DNA of 62,375 nt, the filler included. It is 5 parts of 5 records of this genome, joined end to end, with 100 filler letters (N's around TTAATTAATTAA, not from the genome) between each part and the next. Parts side by side here need not be neighbours in the genome. Positions count along the whole stretch, not along the records: positions 48,620 to 55,231 come from SRR2962707_1157; positions 55,332 to 62,375 come from SRR2962707_1158; 3 more parts are not named here. One strand, 5' to 3'. A model generated the notes under the pieces. The model had not been told where the DNA came from and did no database searches. It saw nothing but the letters and a program-made list of their open reading frames with translations. Position 1 is the stretch's first letter. Every line of letters starts with the position of its first letter. Shown here in pieces: positions 51,384-62,375 of this stretch. Position numbers and translations under genes: made by a program.

Positions 51384-54300
51384 TCAGTATCCTCGACGGG
51401 ACTGTTGTTGCAGAAATTGTCGAGTGCGTGGCTCGAGAAACTGAAGGTATCGATTGTCAGCACCTATTTCAGCACGTTTGGTTTCCATTGCAGTTACCAG
51501 CGCCTGGTAGGCTTCCAATTTTTGGATCTGCAGAAAGAGTGGCGGAGCAGCAATCAAGATCCGAGTTGAGAGTTGGTTTCGAATACGAGCAAAAAATGAA
51601 AGAGCACACGTCAGCAGCAACACAAACCTGACGATCCCGCTGGGGAGATTCCTCCGCATCGCGAAGTTGCTGAATCCATGTGCGTGTATTTTCAAGCCAC
51701 TCGTGGCGCGATTTGCGGGAGTTTTTGTGCTTCGTCAGGATTTGATGGAGTTCTGATACAATCAGATCGGTTTTGCTAGCTGCTATCTCTTTGTATCCTG
51801 GGGCGATGCTGGCGATCTGTTGAAGTGCGGACATCAATGGTCATTGTACGTCAGCTGCGGAAAAAAGGGAACATGAGACGAAAAAGGAAATCTTGGCGGT
51901 AAAATATAATGCTCCCTTGCGGACCTGTTGTTCGAAACGAGGCGAACCAGTCAAGGCCACTTCTTCACCAACTGTTCGAGACAAGGACGTGCAAGGTTAT
52001 TGTCGCAAACACAATCAGGACACAAACGATTTGAACTTGGTGAATGTCTGTCAATATGGTGCAGGAGCCCGTCAACACCCTCGGCAACCCACTCACTCTT
52101 GATGAAGAGATCCAACGCTTGTTGGTTGAGGCCGTAAGACTTGGCTTCATACGCGGCGTTCGTGCAGGCCACAGCAATCGGAATGAGGCCGGAGTAGCGC
52201 TCTTCCACACCGGCTCCAATTCCGCCAGCCCGACCATAGGCGGCAGAGGCTCCACCAGGGGCAGATACTTTGAAAAGGAACATTCGGCGAAAGTAGTTGT
52301 CTTTGTCCGTCGCGCCAGCAATGGAGCGCAGCCAGTCCTGCTTTGCCGTAAGCACGTTTCCTCGGATCAATGAAATAATTATCTCCTGCAACTGTTTTTC
52401 TGCAAAACGCATACCGGCGATGTACATCTCACGCATCTGTGGCGCAGCTTCATCCCCCCAAAACCTGTTGCAAACAGGGTGCACCGATCAAACCTCGAAT
52501 GCATCCCTTTTGCAAGTCCAGTGATTCGAACACATTGCTGGGCGCACCCACAGATCAACAATTCTCACCGTTCGTGGCGCCCTGCGGCAGCGCGCGTCCA
52601 GTACTCGCTCGTTTTCCAAAATTGGATCCAGAACGGAATTTGGTGGCGCCGCTGATCTTCTTGCGTGGAACGAAATTTCGTGAACAGGGACACAAGGGCT
52701 CCAAGCCGTAGGTACGATGTTCGCCCCAGTGGGCCGACAGTGCTACCGGCTGACGTGAGAAACACGGTGCCGCTCGACGGTCGCTCGTCCACGTCCCAAA
52801 CAACCTGTGTATGATAGAATGCCACAACACATTAGACGGCGAGCCACCGACAACATGCAACTTTTTGGGCTCGAAGAAGAACGTTTGAGGATCAGCAAAC
52901 GCAATGAAGTGCAAACAGGCAACTCGAAATGCTTCCAGTGACCCACTTGCAACAAGCCCCGTTTGTACAGAAATAGTGCAGCATACGCTGCCAACTGCGT
53001 CTCGTCTTTCCGCGCCGCAAAGTCAATGGCAGCCTCAGGAAGCCAAGCGCTGAGCAAACACAAATCCCCGACGGAATCAAGGTCTTGAATCTTGCCCTTG
53101 ATAGCAGTTCGGAACCGCTTAAGACTCTCACTACAAGCAACCGAGCACGGAAGTGCCCCAAGGCCCCCCCAAAAAAAAACAAGATTGTTAGGTCCAAAGC
53201 AAAGCATGCCAGGCACAAACGCAGACAAGATCTCAAGTGCACCCATTCGCATGCACTCGAACGTACCTGAAGCAGTACTTGTCACGAGGGTGCGACGATC
53301 CTGTTTTCAAGTCGTCCTCGCAACCAGCTAAAAACGCCAACTGATACCTACAGTAGCACCACAAGTCACAACGCCATCCGTTCAGCAGCGTGGCAAAGCA
53401 TTTTTGGTCATGATGATCAATGGTACAATCCTTCAGTTGTAACGAACCACAAAAAGTCTTCGGTGTAGAACTCATCGCTACTGCTGTCGCTCTTTAGTTG
53501 TTTCGGGCGCCGCTCGTTGCGGCGACCCGAGTACAGAAGGCTGCCGACGATATCGCGGAAATTTGCGTCCGCCGAACGCCACTGCACATTGGTCCCAGCA
53601 ACCAGCACACAAGTTGTATTGGGTGAGTGTAGATGAATGCATAGCCACCCTGGGCAAAGGTGTCCGAAAGCAAAAATACACACCGACGTCCTCTCGCCTT
53701 GTGGGGTGAGTGCATAGACTGTATTATTCAGGTTCGGATTTTTCGGGTAATTTGCACGCTGCACATACCTGTATCGCAAACAGAACAAGTAGACATGAGT
53801 GCGCGGAGCGACAAAATCATGCAAGGCGTGGCAAAGTCTATGGCTGCAGAGGACAGTGCAGGCAGGAAACGCTAACGTGCCTGGCGACATGGTTCTTGTA
53901 GTCGCCAACACCTTGCGGCTCTCGGTCGCGAATGTGAGCATTTTGGCGTTCAAGTGCACGACCAATCCACTTAACGAGCTGTCGACGCTCATTTTCAACT
54001 TCAGCCTGCCCATGGTCACCCCCATCTTTGAGAATAGATGGATGAGTACCTGGTGGACAGCGTTAAAAACGCCGAAAGGTGCAAAAACACGTGAGGTCTC
54101 CAGGATGTGTAGGGTGCAACACACAAACGAAGCATTCGCTGGCGTGCGACACAGTTTTAGCATGCACTTACCCGGACGATCCCCCGCACCAAGCAGACTG
54201 CCGCGGAGGTTTCGCAAAAGTCTGAACAAAACTTTTCCAAGGTCCACGCGTTTGGACGATCGCTTGCTGCGGCTCTTTTGGTCCTTTTGATCAGTCAAGG

Positions 54301-55150
54301 GCTTCTGTTCTTCGAGGAACCAACGGGCGGCAAACAACGCGCGTCGCTCCAAGTCATGCTCGTCGTCAGAAGGGTCGACAGCGAAAACTTCGCTCAACAC
54401 GTACAGCCAATGCCCAGCCGACGCTCGGCTGCCACGCATTTTCGCCAGAAAACCTTTCGAGCTGGGACGCCGGTTGTCTCCCGCAATTTCTTGCACCATT
54501 GCGTGAATTAGGGCCGAAGCTGAGTCGTGTGACGAGTTTTTGGCGGCGGCCGCCGCGGCAGCTGCAGCTGGCGTCCGCAAGCTCGCAGCAGGAGAGGCGC
54601 TGAAAGGCCCACCTGCAGCACCGTTGGCGCCAATTTCAGCTGCCGCTGCAGCCTTCTGCGCGCTCTGGTTGATGTTGTCCATGAACTGGTCTCCTTGGCG
54701 AATCTTTTCCAGGGCTTTGATTTTTTGATTCCACTCGGCGTGGATGTAGTTCGTGAGCGAGTCCTGACTCCTCCGATTCAGCCGCTTACGGGTGGCCTTC
54801 ATGGTTTCGTCGCGAATGTCCGCGTACTTGTGAGCGAGCCACTCGGCCACGTTTGTGCTCTGCACGGTAGTCGTGACCATCCAATTGCACCGCTGTAGCT
54901 CTTGGCGCATGAGCTCGAAGCTGTCGGTGTCACAACCCAGTCGCTCCAGCAGCTTCACTCCGGCAATCTCATCGTTCTTGGTCAGCTGGCGGTCTGCCAA
55001 AGACTTCCTCGAGTTGGCGTGCACGCGAACAAGCACGGAGATGGGACGCTCCACCGAAGCCTCCGTAGACCCACAAGTCTCACGCTCGAGCTGCTCGGAG
55101 TCTTCCAGCAACGCGTTCAAGTCATCGTCTGCAGCGTGAGCGCCCGCCAT
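51384..55150 (-). CDS. Nucleoporin Nup93/Nic96-like, multi-exon; 3' end approximate
   Basis: N-terminus LNALLEDSEQLERET...VERPI...LLERLG...NVAEWL...EWNQ parallels Nup93; ARWFLEEQ and TEDFLWF motifs. Confidence 0.7.
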
Positions 55151-55166
55151 TTCGCAACTTTCAGGG

Positions 55167-55231
55167 AGAGAGAGCGAGAGAAAGTGAGAGTGAGAGAGAG
55201 AGCGCGTGAGAGAGAGAGAGAGAGAGAGAGA
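55167..55231. repeat. Imperfect (AG)n microsatellite at contig end
   Basis: agagagagcgagagaaagtgagagtgagagagag...agagagagaga. Confidence 0.9.
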
Positions 55232-55331
55232 NNNNNNNNNNNNNNNNNNNNNNNNNNNNNNNNNNNNNNNNNNNNTTAATTAATTAANNNNNNNNNNNNN
55301 NNNNNNNNNNNNNNNNNNNNNNNNNNNNNNN
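55232..55331. other. Artificial contig linker
   Basis: N44-TTAATTAATTAA-N44. Confidence 0.99.
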
Positions 55332-55356
55332 GTGTGTGTGTGTGTGTGTGTGTGTG
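55332..55356. repeat. (GT)n microsatellite at contig start
   Basis: gtgtgtgtgtgtgtgtgtgtgtgtg. Confidence 0.9.
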
Positions 55357-55594
55357 GATGTACGTGTGTGCGCACGCGCGCGATGCATTCCTGGGGCCAG
55401 CCTCCCTCACTGCACCGAGTGCTCGAACGTTGACTGTCTGAGACCACTGAGAAGAAGAAGAACAATAGCAAAGAAGAGGTGGAGGTGGAGGAGGAGGAAG
55501 CGGGTTCTCTTCGTCCTAGCCTGTCTCTCTCTGTGCCTACCTTCCGAGACCAGGCGGTTGCCCTTGTCGAGGCGGTTTCGCAGTCCGTGCAATA

Positions 55595-57772
55595 ATGGCA
55601 GAACACTCGCGAACAATGTCTTTGCCCATCATCATGGACAGCGGGCAGGCGGCTGGTGACGCTGACGACCCGTACGCAGCCTTGCGCTCCTCCAGCCCTT
55701 CCTCAAGGCGGAGCCGAAGGAAGCCAGCGACTGCTGCAGCCGCTGTTGGGAGGGACGAAGACCTCTTGGCCATGGCCCACCTGTCGTTTCGGACGCTGGG
55801 CACAGCACCACGAATGCCCAACTCCACGCCGTCACTGAAGGAGCAGCTGCGAATGGCGCGCATGACATCAAATCGCCCGCTGCCCCAGGTTGAATCGACC
55901 CGCTCGAAGAAGGCGGCCAAGCAGCAAGCCTACAACTTGAACGTCAAGGCACGCATGAACAAGCTGCTGGCGGGATCGGGCGGTGCTGGCCCGAACGACC
56001 GGAGCGTCATCCAGCGTCTTCGGAAAGAAAACAAAAAACTGACGCAGCAGCTCACAGACACACAGCGGCAGTTGGCGGATGCTGACAGTGAACTAGATGC
56101 GCTGCGGGAAGAGGTCGAACGCTTGCGCAGTGGAGGCGATGGTTCCCTGTCCGCCGAAACCCAGAGCTCCAATGGACGAAGTGACTCGCCTGGCAGCACT
56201 GGAGCCGGCAACTCCGGCCGCGGAGGCAAGGCTGGCAGCCGGCCCACCAGCCCGGGGTCGCGGGGTAGCACCCCACGAGCTGGCACTCCGCCAATGCGCG
56301 TGAGGTCCAATAGTAATGGCACCGCGCACGCCATCGGGCGTAGCAGCACCAGCTCGAACCTCGTTCGCCGAACCTCCACTGGTCGCGGAATTGTAACCCG
56401 CAGCACCACGAACGACTTTTCTGCGTTCCGTGCCCGTTCCAACACGCGAATGTTGCGAGGGAGTCTCTACAACCAACACCACGGCGCCAGCAACGTTGGC
56501 AATGCTCCTGTGCTCCCGAATGATCTCGTGGTTAAGTTTCCGTGGAACGTCACAGCACTTAGCCTGGACGATAAGTCGGAAGACCAACTTTTGAAGCTGC
56601 AAGAAAGTGGCGTGGCCGACGCCAATGTCATGGCCCTTCTTTGCAAGGTCTTTGAGGTTGTCCGTCTTATGGCTGTGACTGGCGAGGCACTGAGCGACCT
56701 CGACTCCTTGTGCCGCCAGGCGCAAAACTTGCTGGTTCAGCTCACTGGGTGTGAGGTCGTCAACCTGTGGGTTGTCAACACAGACGGAACTGTGTTACTC
56801 TGCCGTGACAACAAGGACGAACCCCCGCACGCCGTCGCTCTCACTACGGGCTGTGTGGGCCATGTGTTTCAGAACCGCACAACTCTCGCAATCAACAGCA
56901 ACCTTGCCCAGCAGCCCCTTTACGACCCCAGCGCGGACGCATATCGCCTTGCAGGACTGGCTTCGAACATGATGGCCGTCCCGATTGTTGGTGCTAGTCG
57001 ACAGGTGGTTGGGGTCCTTCAATGTCTGAACCGGCCTAAAGGCACGTACTCAGACATCGAGGAGTCCATTTTGCGACAGTGCGGCCTGCTACTTGGGCGT
57101 GTTGTACAGCGAAGCTCTGCGCACATGCGCAAAGAAGCACGATTGGTCGCGTCACAAGCAATTGTGCAAGTCACTGCTCGTTTGTACTCTGCCCTGGCTG
57201 CCGTGTCCATTGATGCAGAAGAGCCTGACACGTTTGACCTGCGGAAAACGTTGGAAAGTCTGCAGACTCAAACGGAAGTGTTTGTCGGGCGCCTTGTTCA
57301 CGAAGCAGTGCAGGTGCGCATCCATTTGGCGAAAGAATACTCGTCAGTGGCCGTGGCAGACATGCTCGCCACGTTGCCTCCGAAACGGCTTCGTGACTCT
57401 CAGGACATCGTGCTGAATCGCAGCGGAAACGGAATCGTGGGAGCAGTATACCACGGAGCCAAAGCAGATTACACGGAGAATGCGTTGACTGCCACTGTGT
57501 TCAACGAAAATATTGACATTGTGGCAGAAGAGGGGTATGGAACGTTCACGGTGCCCGTTTGTGTTGGTGGTCACCGTTCGCCACTGGCGGTGCTTCAAAT
57601 TTGCCAACCTCACTCATTGAGCTCGGCTCAGCGGCAACTGCATATGGATTTCTACACCAGCTTTGCAAATCAGGTGGCATTTGTGCTACTTTACTTTTTC
57701 AACATATCATCGTTGCAGGATCAACTTTTTCAGGCACAGAGCGGTGCTTCAGAAGGACCGAAAAAGAAGTGA
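55595..57772 (+). CDS. Coiled-coil plus tandem GAF-domain protein (single exon, 725 aa)
   Basis: Heptad region LRKENKKLTQQL...LREEVERL; GAF motifs GCVGHVF...MAVPIV...VVGVLQCLN and GIVGAVY...TVPV...LAVLQI. Confidence 0.8.
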   Translation: MAEHSRTMSLPIIMDSGQAAGDADDPYAALRSSSPSSRRSRRKPATAAAAVGRDEDLLAMAHLSFRTLGTAPRMPNSTPSLKEQLRMARMTSNRPLPQVESTRSKKAAKQQAYNLNVKARMNKLLAGSGGAGPNDRSVIQRLRKENKKLTQQLTDTQRQLADADSELDALREEVERLRSGGDGSLSAETQSSNGRSDSPGSTGAGNSGRGGKAGSRPTSPGSRGSTPRAGTPPMRVRSNSNGTAHAIGRSSTSSNLVRRTSTGRGIVTRSTTNDFSAFRARSNTRMLRGSLYNQHHGASNVGNAPVLPNDLVVKFPWNVTALSLDDKSEDQLLKLQESGVADANVMALLCKVFEVVRLMAVTGEALSDLDSLCRQAQNLLVQLTGCEVVNLWVVNTDGTVLLCRDNKDEPPHAVALTTGCVGHVFQNRTTLAINSNLAQQPLYDPSADAYRLAGLASNMMAVPIVGASRQVVGVLQCLNRPKGTYSDIEESILRQCGLLLGRVVQRSSAHMRKEARLVASQAIVQVTARLYSALAAVSIDAEEPDTFDLRKTLESLQTQTEVFVGRLVHEAVQVRIHLAKEYSSVAVADMLATLPPKRLRDSQDIVLNRSGNGIVGAVYHGAKADYTENALTATVFNENIDIVAEEGYGTFTVPVCVGGHRSPLAVLQICQPHSLSSAQRQLHMDFYTSFANQVAFVLLYFFNISSLQDQLFQAQSGASEGPKKK

Positions 57773-57904
57773 CGCGCTTTCAAAGTTTTTTTTAAAAATT
57801 CACACAATTACAGCAGGGTTCTTTTCTTCACGCACATGCATCAAAGCAAAAAAGCGCAACAGCACTCAAGGCGTGCTTTTTCGGCTGAGATTTAGCGTCA
57901 GTCA

Positions 57905-60900
57905 TTACAATGTTTCACTGAGAATTGCGTCTTTAACCCACTCGCCCCGTTCGCGAAGAGTAGTGAAGTTGAGTTTCGGCGCAGGGTTGTCCAGGCGTTC
58001 TATGATCTTCTTCACCTTGTCTTCGCCCTCCAAGAACCGGAACTGTGTGTGATCACGGAAGAACCAATGCGTTATGGACCTGTGCCAACCCAATCAAAGG
58101 GACGGTTAAAAGAGGATCTCGTGAGAGACCATCCCAGACCACCCCAGGCCACGACACCAACCAGCGGCACATCCTCCAACTTTGCAAGCGTTTTCACGAA
58201 AATGCAAAACACCACCGAGGCAACTGTACCTGTATATCCCGTGAGAGCTGATATCGTGTGCCCATCCCCCTGGGACGTACACCGCAGAGCCACCATCGAT
58301 CTCGAACTCGATTTGTGTCGCGCGAGCAAGTCGCGGATGATGCTCTCGAATGAGGTCCGTCATGCCCTGGTGGACCGTTGTGACCTTGCTAAAGCGCGTT
58401 TGTATATTAAAAACCTAGTGCATGAGGGAGTCGGCACGGTAAAAGTTTGGTCGAACCCATTGGCAAGGTTCGACCAATTGGAAAACGCTCCAGCAAGTAC
58501 CTTGAGATCGCCATCCCAGTCAACCTGATGAATGTCGCCTTCCTCGGAAACGTTCTGGACGGGAAGGATATAATCTAAGTTCAGTGCATCGGCGGGACTA
58601 TAGATTTTCCAACGCTGACAAGGAGCATCGAAGGAGCAAGTGAACCAGAAGAAACCGTCAGCAGTTCGAGGTTGGTTGCGTTTGATCAATAACATTGCCA
58701 ATGTGTCCGTTAGTCGCACCTTGCGCCCCGACAGAAGAACGTGAAAATTTTCCAAAGCATCGTAGTGCAGGCCGCATTGCCCAGCATTTTCCCTTGCTGC
58801 TGATCCCATCCAAAAGGTTGCGGAATACATCTTGGCATGGAGGCAAAATCCACGCAACGCAAAGCAATGCAGTGACGGTTGAGTCGAAGAAACGCGCTTA
58901 AAACTCAATATCCAAAGCGCCAGTGCTGAACAACAGCCAGTACCTTCAAAATCGTTTCATTGGCAAATTCGGCGCGAACAATGTCTTCGGTGGGGTGCGC
59001 TCCGGGCGTGGACTGCTGACTCAAGAACGCCGGGAGAGGAATGTCTTGAACCAACTTGTCCAGTGGAAAGTCGTAAGAAAAGTTTCCGTCCACGTGTGTA
59101 GTGCCACCCGAGATGGCATTTGCAGATCCAGCATCGAAATAGCCGACTGTCTTGCTGATATCCTTGTTGGGGCTGTCAGGGTCAAGAACTGCCCGTGCGA
59201 AGGAGCAAAAACTCGTAAAATTTCGGCTGTTTGTTGTGGATCCGCTGAAAGTATCCATGTCTTGTGTGTCGTTGCTCTTCATGGCCAGACTAACTTGCTT
59301 GTTGCCCGAGATTCCGCACATCACATCCGCATCCCAAAGGCATGTGCGCTCCCAGCCGAGCAAATGAAGCAGCGGCGGACAGTCTTCCGACAAATCAACC
59401 ACAGGGCACGTCCCGGGCAGACCACTGCAGTTCCCCCCAAACGCCTTCGGGTTGGCAGGAGGACTGATAATGAATGGTTCACGGCGGCGCACGTAGTCAA
59501 TCATCTCAGCATGAGTGGGAAGCCGTTCGAAGCGTCGAGGTGTCCAACTTGAATTTGGCGGTATGAAGCCTTGATAGTGGTTGGTACCACGGCCCACTTC
59601 TGCGGAAAACAAGTTCAACGATCGATTATAGGCTCGGCGAATTGGACCATCTGGTGGAAGCTTCGGTGACGCAAATACAAGAAGAAAAATTATTTGTAGT
59701 ATGACCGCATTTTGTTGGACTCTTCAACTGCTGGAAGATAGTCTGTGCCGAAACAAAAACCCACCTCAACGCCCTGCTTTGCCATTGTTTGTACAGTCCA
59801 TTCCAGCAAGAACGCGGATACGTAGTCGTGATCATACCGGTCTTCGTTCACAGCGAGGATTTCGGCGGCTTCCTTGTATCTGTCAAACGACGTGCAGAAG
59901 CAAAAAGTACTATTCATCTGTGCGTAGATGATTCATCAAAGCAGACGTGCATGCGGCAGGCAAATTCCACACAGAACTCACTTTTTGAGGCGCAACTTCA
60001 CGAGCGGCAATAGCGTGTCAATTCGCTTCTGAATCTAGCACGGATTAGAACACAAGAACACTTTGTTGACATTTGAACCAACTCAAGCTCTGATGACGAA
60101 AACCGACTCAAAACGTTTAGCAACCGTCATTCGTAGTTTGCGCACCGCTCTAGTTCCCGTGCGGTCTTCCTGGCGGGGCTCCTCGTACATTTTCGCAAAC
60201 AACATCTGCTCGTACATCAATTCAGCAATTTCGTAGCGCCGAGCTTGAATGAGTGTCGGAATCACGTCGTGATAAATGTTGTACAGTGAGTCTGGAGGCA
60301 TCTTTCCACTCATAAGAAATGGAGTTTGATCCTGCCAATGGGCGAACTCGCGAATCACACCGATGTACCTACGCGACCGACGCAAGGAACGACAAGTCAG
60401 CGTTGACGATGCGTCAATTTTTGATATTCAGCATCTGCTATCGCCGTTCGCGCACTGGGCTGAATTGTCCAAGCGGCGCCTAACACTCACTTGTCGGCCG
60501 CTTGGCGCAAGTGCCGCGTCATTAAATCATGATGGGCAGCTCCCATCTTCAATGAAAACAGCCGCCCATGGTCCAGGTACATCACTGGCTGCTCGATTGC
60601 ATGTGCACACACAGCTTTTCCGGCCATCATCGCTTCTGTTGTATCTGAGCCAACAGGCCGTTGGTGCTGTGTGTATGAGAACGTAAAGGCCTGACACTCC
60701 AAGCGCGCACGATTCAATACTTGGGCTCGAGGGGAAACGCCGCTTTCCAAGGGTACGTTGGCTTCAACTGGCGCTTTCATGAGGGCCACTCTAAGGACAC
60801 GATCACCAGGCGCAAAAATATGGCCTGGTTCACATCGCGGAGGGGCGGTCGGAGGGATCAACGTTTGCATCTCGTCCAGAAAGGCTGAGTCACCGTTCCG

Positions 60901-61667
60901 CGACGCAGCAAGGGCGCGCTTGCTGATGTGAGTTTCCCATACAGTTCCGTGGCTTGAGTTCGTCGTCTGAAAGATTTGAGAGTGGTCCGCTCGACCAAGC
61001 GGAACTTGAGGGACGCTGAAACTGTTAAAAATAACCCAGCGGTCGAAATCGCCATTCTCGTTCGCCTTCGCCGGAATGAACAGCAACTGATGGGGAAGAA
61101 CACCGCGAATCATGCTGTCGCTGGCAAACATTTGAACACCGCCGAAATCCTTTGAAGGCGAGCCGAGGGAGAAGTAGCGCCCATCTTGCAAGATGTTGAC
61201 CAAACACAGGGCGAACGGTTAGTCCAAACCAAACAACAGGGGGCAGGGCGGACCTGGACTGGATTATTTTCGCAAGCAGCAGGGTGAGGCAACGCACTCA
61301 TAGATTCAACATTAGTTCCTTCAATTGTGCAAGTTTTCCAACCCTCATGATAGTACAGACGTGGCTTTTCGTGTTCTGGAATATTTTCCTCGGCAGCTGG
61401 GGGGAGGGTTACACTTCCGTCTGCATGCACAATTCGTTCTGTAGCAGCAATTTCTATTCGCTTCTTGCTTGCCTGCATTGGACCTTCAGATCGGCGACGG
61501 CGCGGCGGATTCTTCTGCTGCTGCAGCGGCTGTCGGCTGCCTGGCGCCGATGTTCGTGGAATAGCTGTCGCCAAGTAAGGGGGGGCACCCCGCTCAACGC
61601 ATTCGCCATGTCGCGCGCACAAAAGTGCAACAGCACTTAGGAGAACAGAAACGCGTAGCGCAGGCAT
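57905..61667 (-). CDS. Multi-exon JmjC/cupin-8 2OG-Fe(II) oxygenase with N-terminal signal peptide; exons not fully resolved
   Basis: TFWMG...GLHYDALENFHVLLSGRK-(intron)-RWKIYSP and VYVPGGWAH give the HxD...H triad; MPALRVSVLLSAVALLC signal; joining of the 5' exons is inferred. Confidence 0.65.
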
Positions 61668-62375
61668 TCTATCCCACCTTTTAGTGCGAGCAGTGCAAGG
61701 GTTCTCGTCTCAACTTTTTGCAGAACCTTTTTTTGACTCGCTTTGGACGGCGCAGCGGCAGCGGCAGCACTCTGGGTTAAACGCCAGAGGGCCAATGTGG
61801 GACGACAGCCAACGACCTTGTAAACAGCGACTTCCAAAGTTTGCTCTCACAAACAAGTCAGTGGCAAACCTCCGTTCTCTCTTTTAATATTTCTAATCCT
61901 TTCACTCCCACCCCGCCCGGCTTGCCAGCAACTTGCGAACATCTGCTCTTCAGTCCCGCAGCAAGCAGCAACAGCTCTCCTGGCCTTCTTCACTCAACCG
62001 CTCGACGAACAAACACACACACTCACACACGCACGCGACGAAGGACGAACAGGAGCGAATCGTTGGAGTGGCTTATAATCCACCCACAGAGATCACCATA
62101 GCGTGACACGCAGTGACATTACCTGCCAGAGCCGCTTACCAGCTGGCGCAGAAATAGTAACCCAGTCGCAGCGACTATCGAGAGGGGCGCGGCGATGAAG
62201 TTGCAAAAAAATCGAAAAGGTGGAAACGCAGAATCGCAATTCAGCCGCTGATTGGCCACCAGGTTAAGTCGACAACAACATTCAACAGCAACCAAACACC
62301 ACTGACTGCACACGAAAATTCTTTGCTCGCCTAAATGAATTTATTTATTTTATTTGTGAATTTTGTGTAAATAGA

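Overview
This window is not one replicon. It is five contigs joined by an artificial 100-nt linker (N44-TTAATTAATTAA-N44) at 25874-25973, 42819-42918, 48520-48619 and 55232-55331. Contig 1 (1-25873, moderate GC) is from a Rhizobiales-like alphaproteobacterium: groEL 3' end, membrane AraC module, SulP, creatinase, GST, DoxX, hisS-hisZ-hisG, tag, L,D-transpeptidase, sqr, glcDEF with regulators, gshA, rsmE and a truncated alpha-hydroxy acid oxidase. Contig 2 (25974-42818, high GC) is from a different alphaproteobacterium: moaA, glpK, a low-GC TIR/Cys-rich gene, FAD oxidase, class II aldolase, CoxL-like molybdoprotein, MFS, a TetR-diiron-SDR operon, a Rap1a-like gene, a GS-like/aminotransferase pair and a partial tRNA-Thr. 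Contigs 3-5 are intron-containing protist DNA, probably stramenopile-like: PSTAIRE CDK, USP deubiquitinase, CRT-like transporter, Nup93, tandem-GAF protein and a JmjC protein. The best novelty candidates are (i) a leader upstream of creatinase with a 13-codon uORF and mutually exclusive hairpins that can sequester the Shine-Dalgarno, a possible creatine-sensing attenuator or riboswitch; (ii) a stand-alone, apparently imported TIR gene fused to a C2HC5 zinc-binding module, a candidate anti-phage system; (iii) an AT-rich, atypical in-frame segment inside hisS. All family calls come from motif recognition by eye; no database searches were run.
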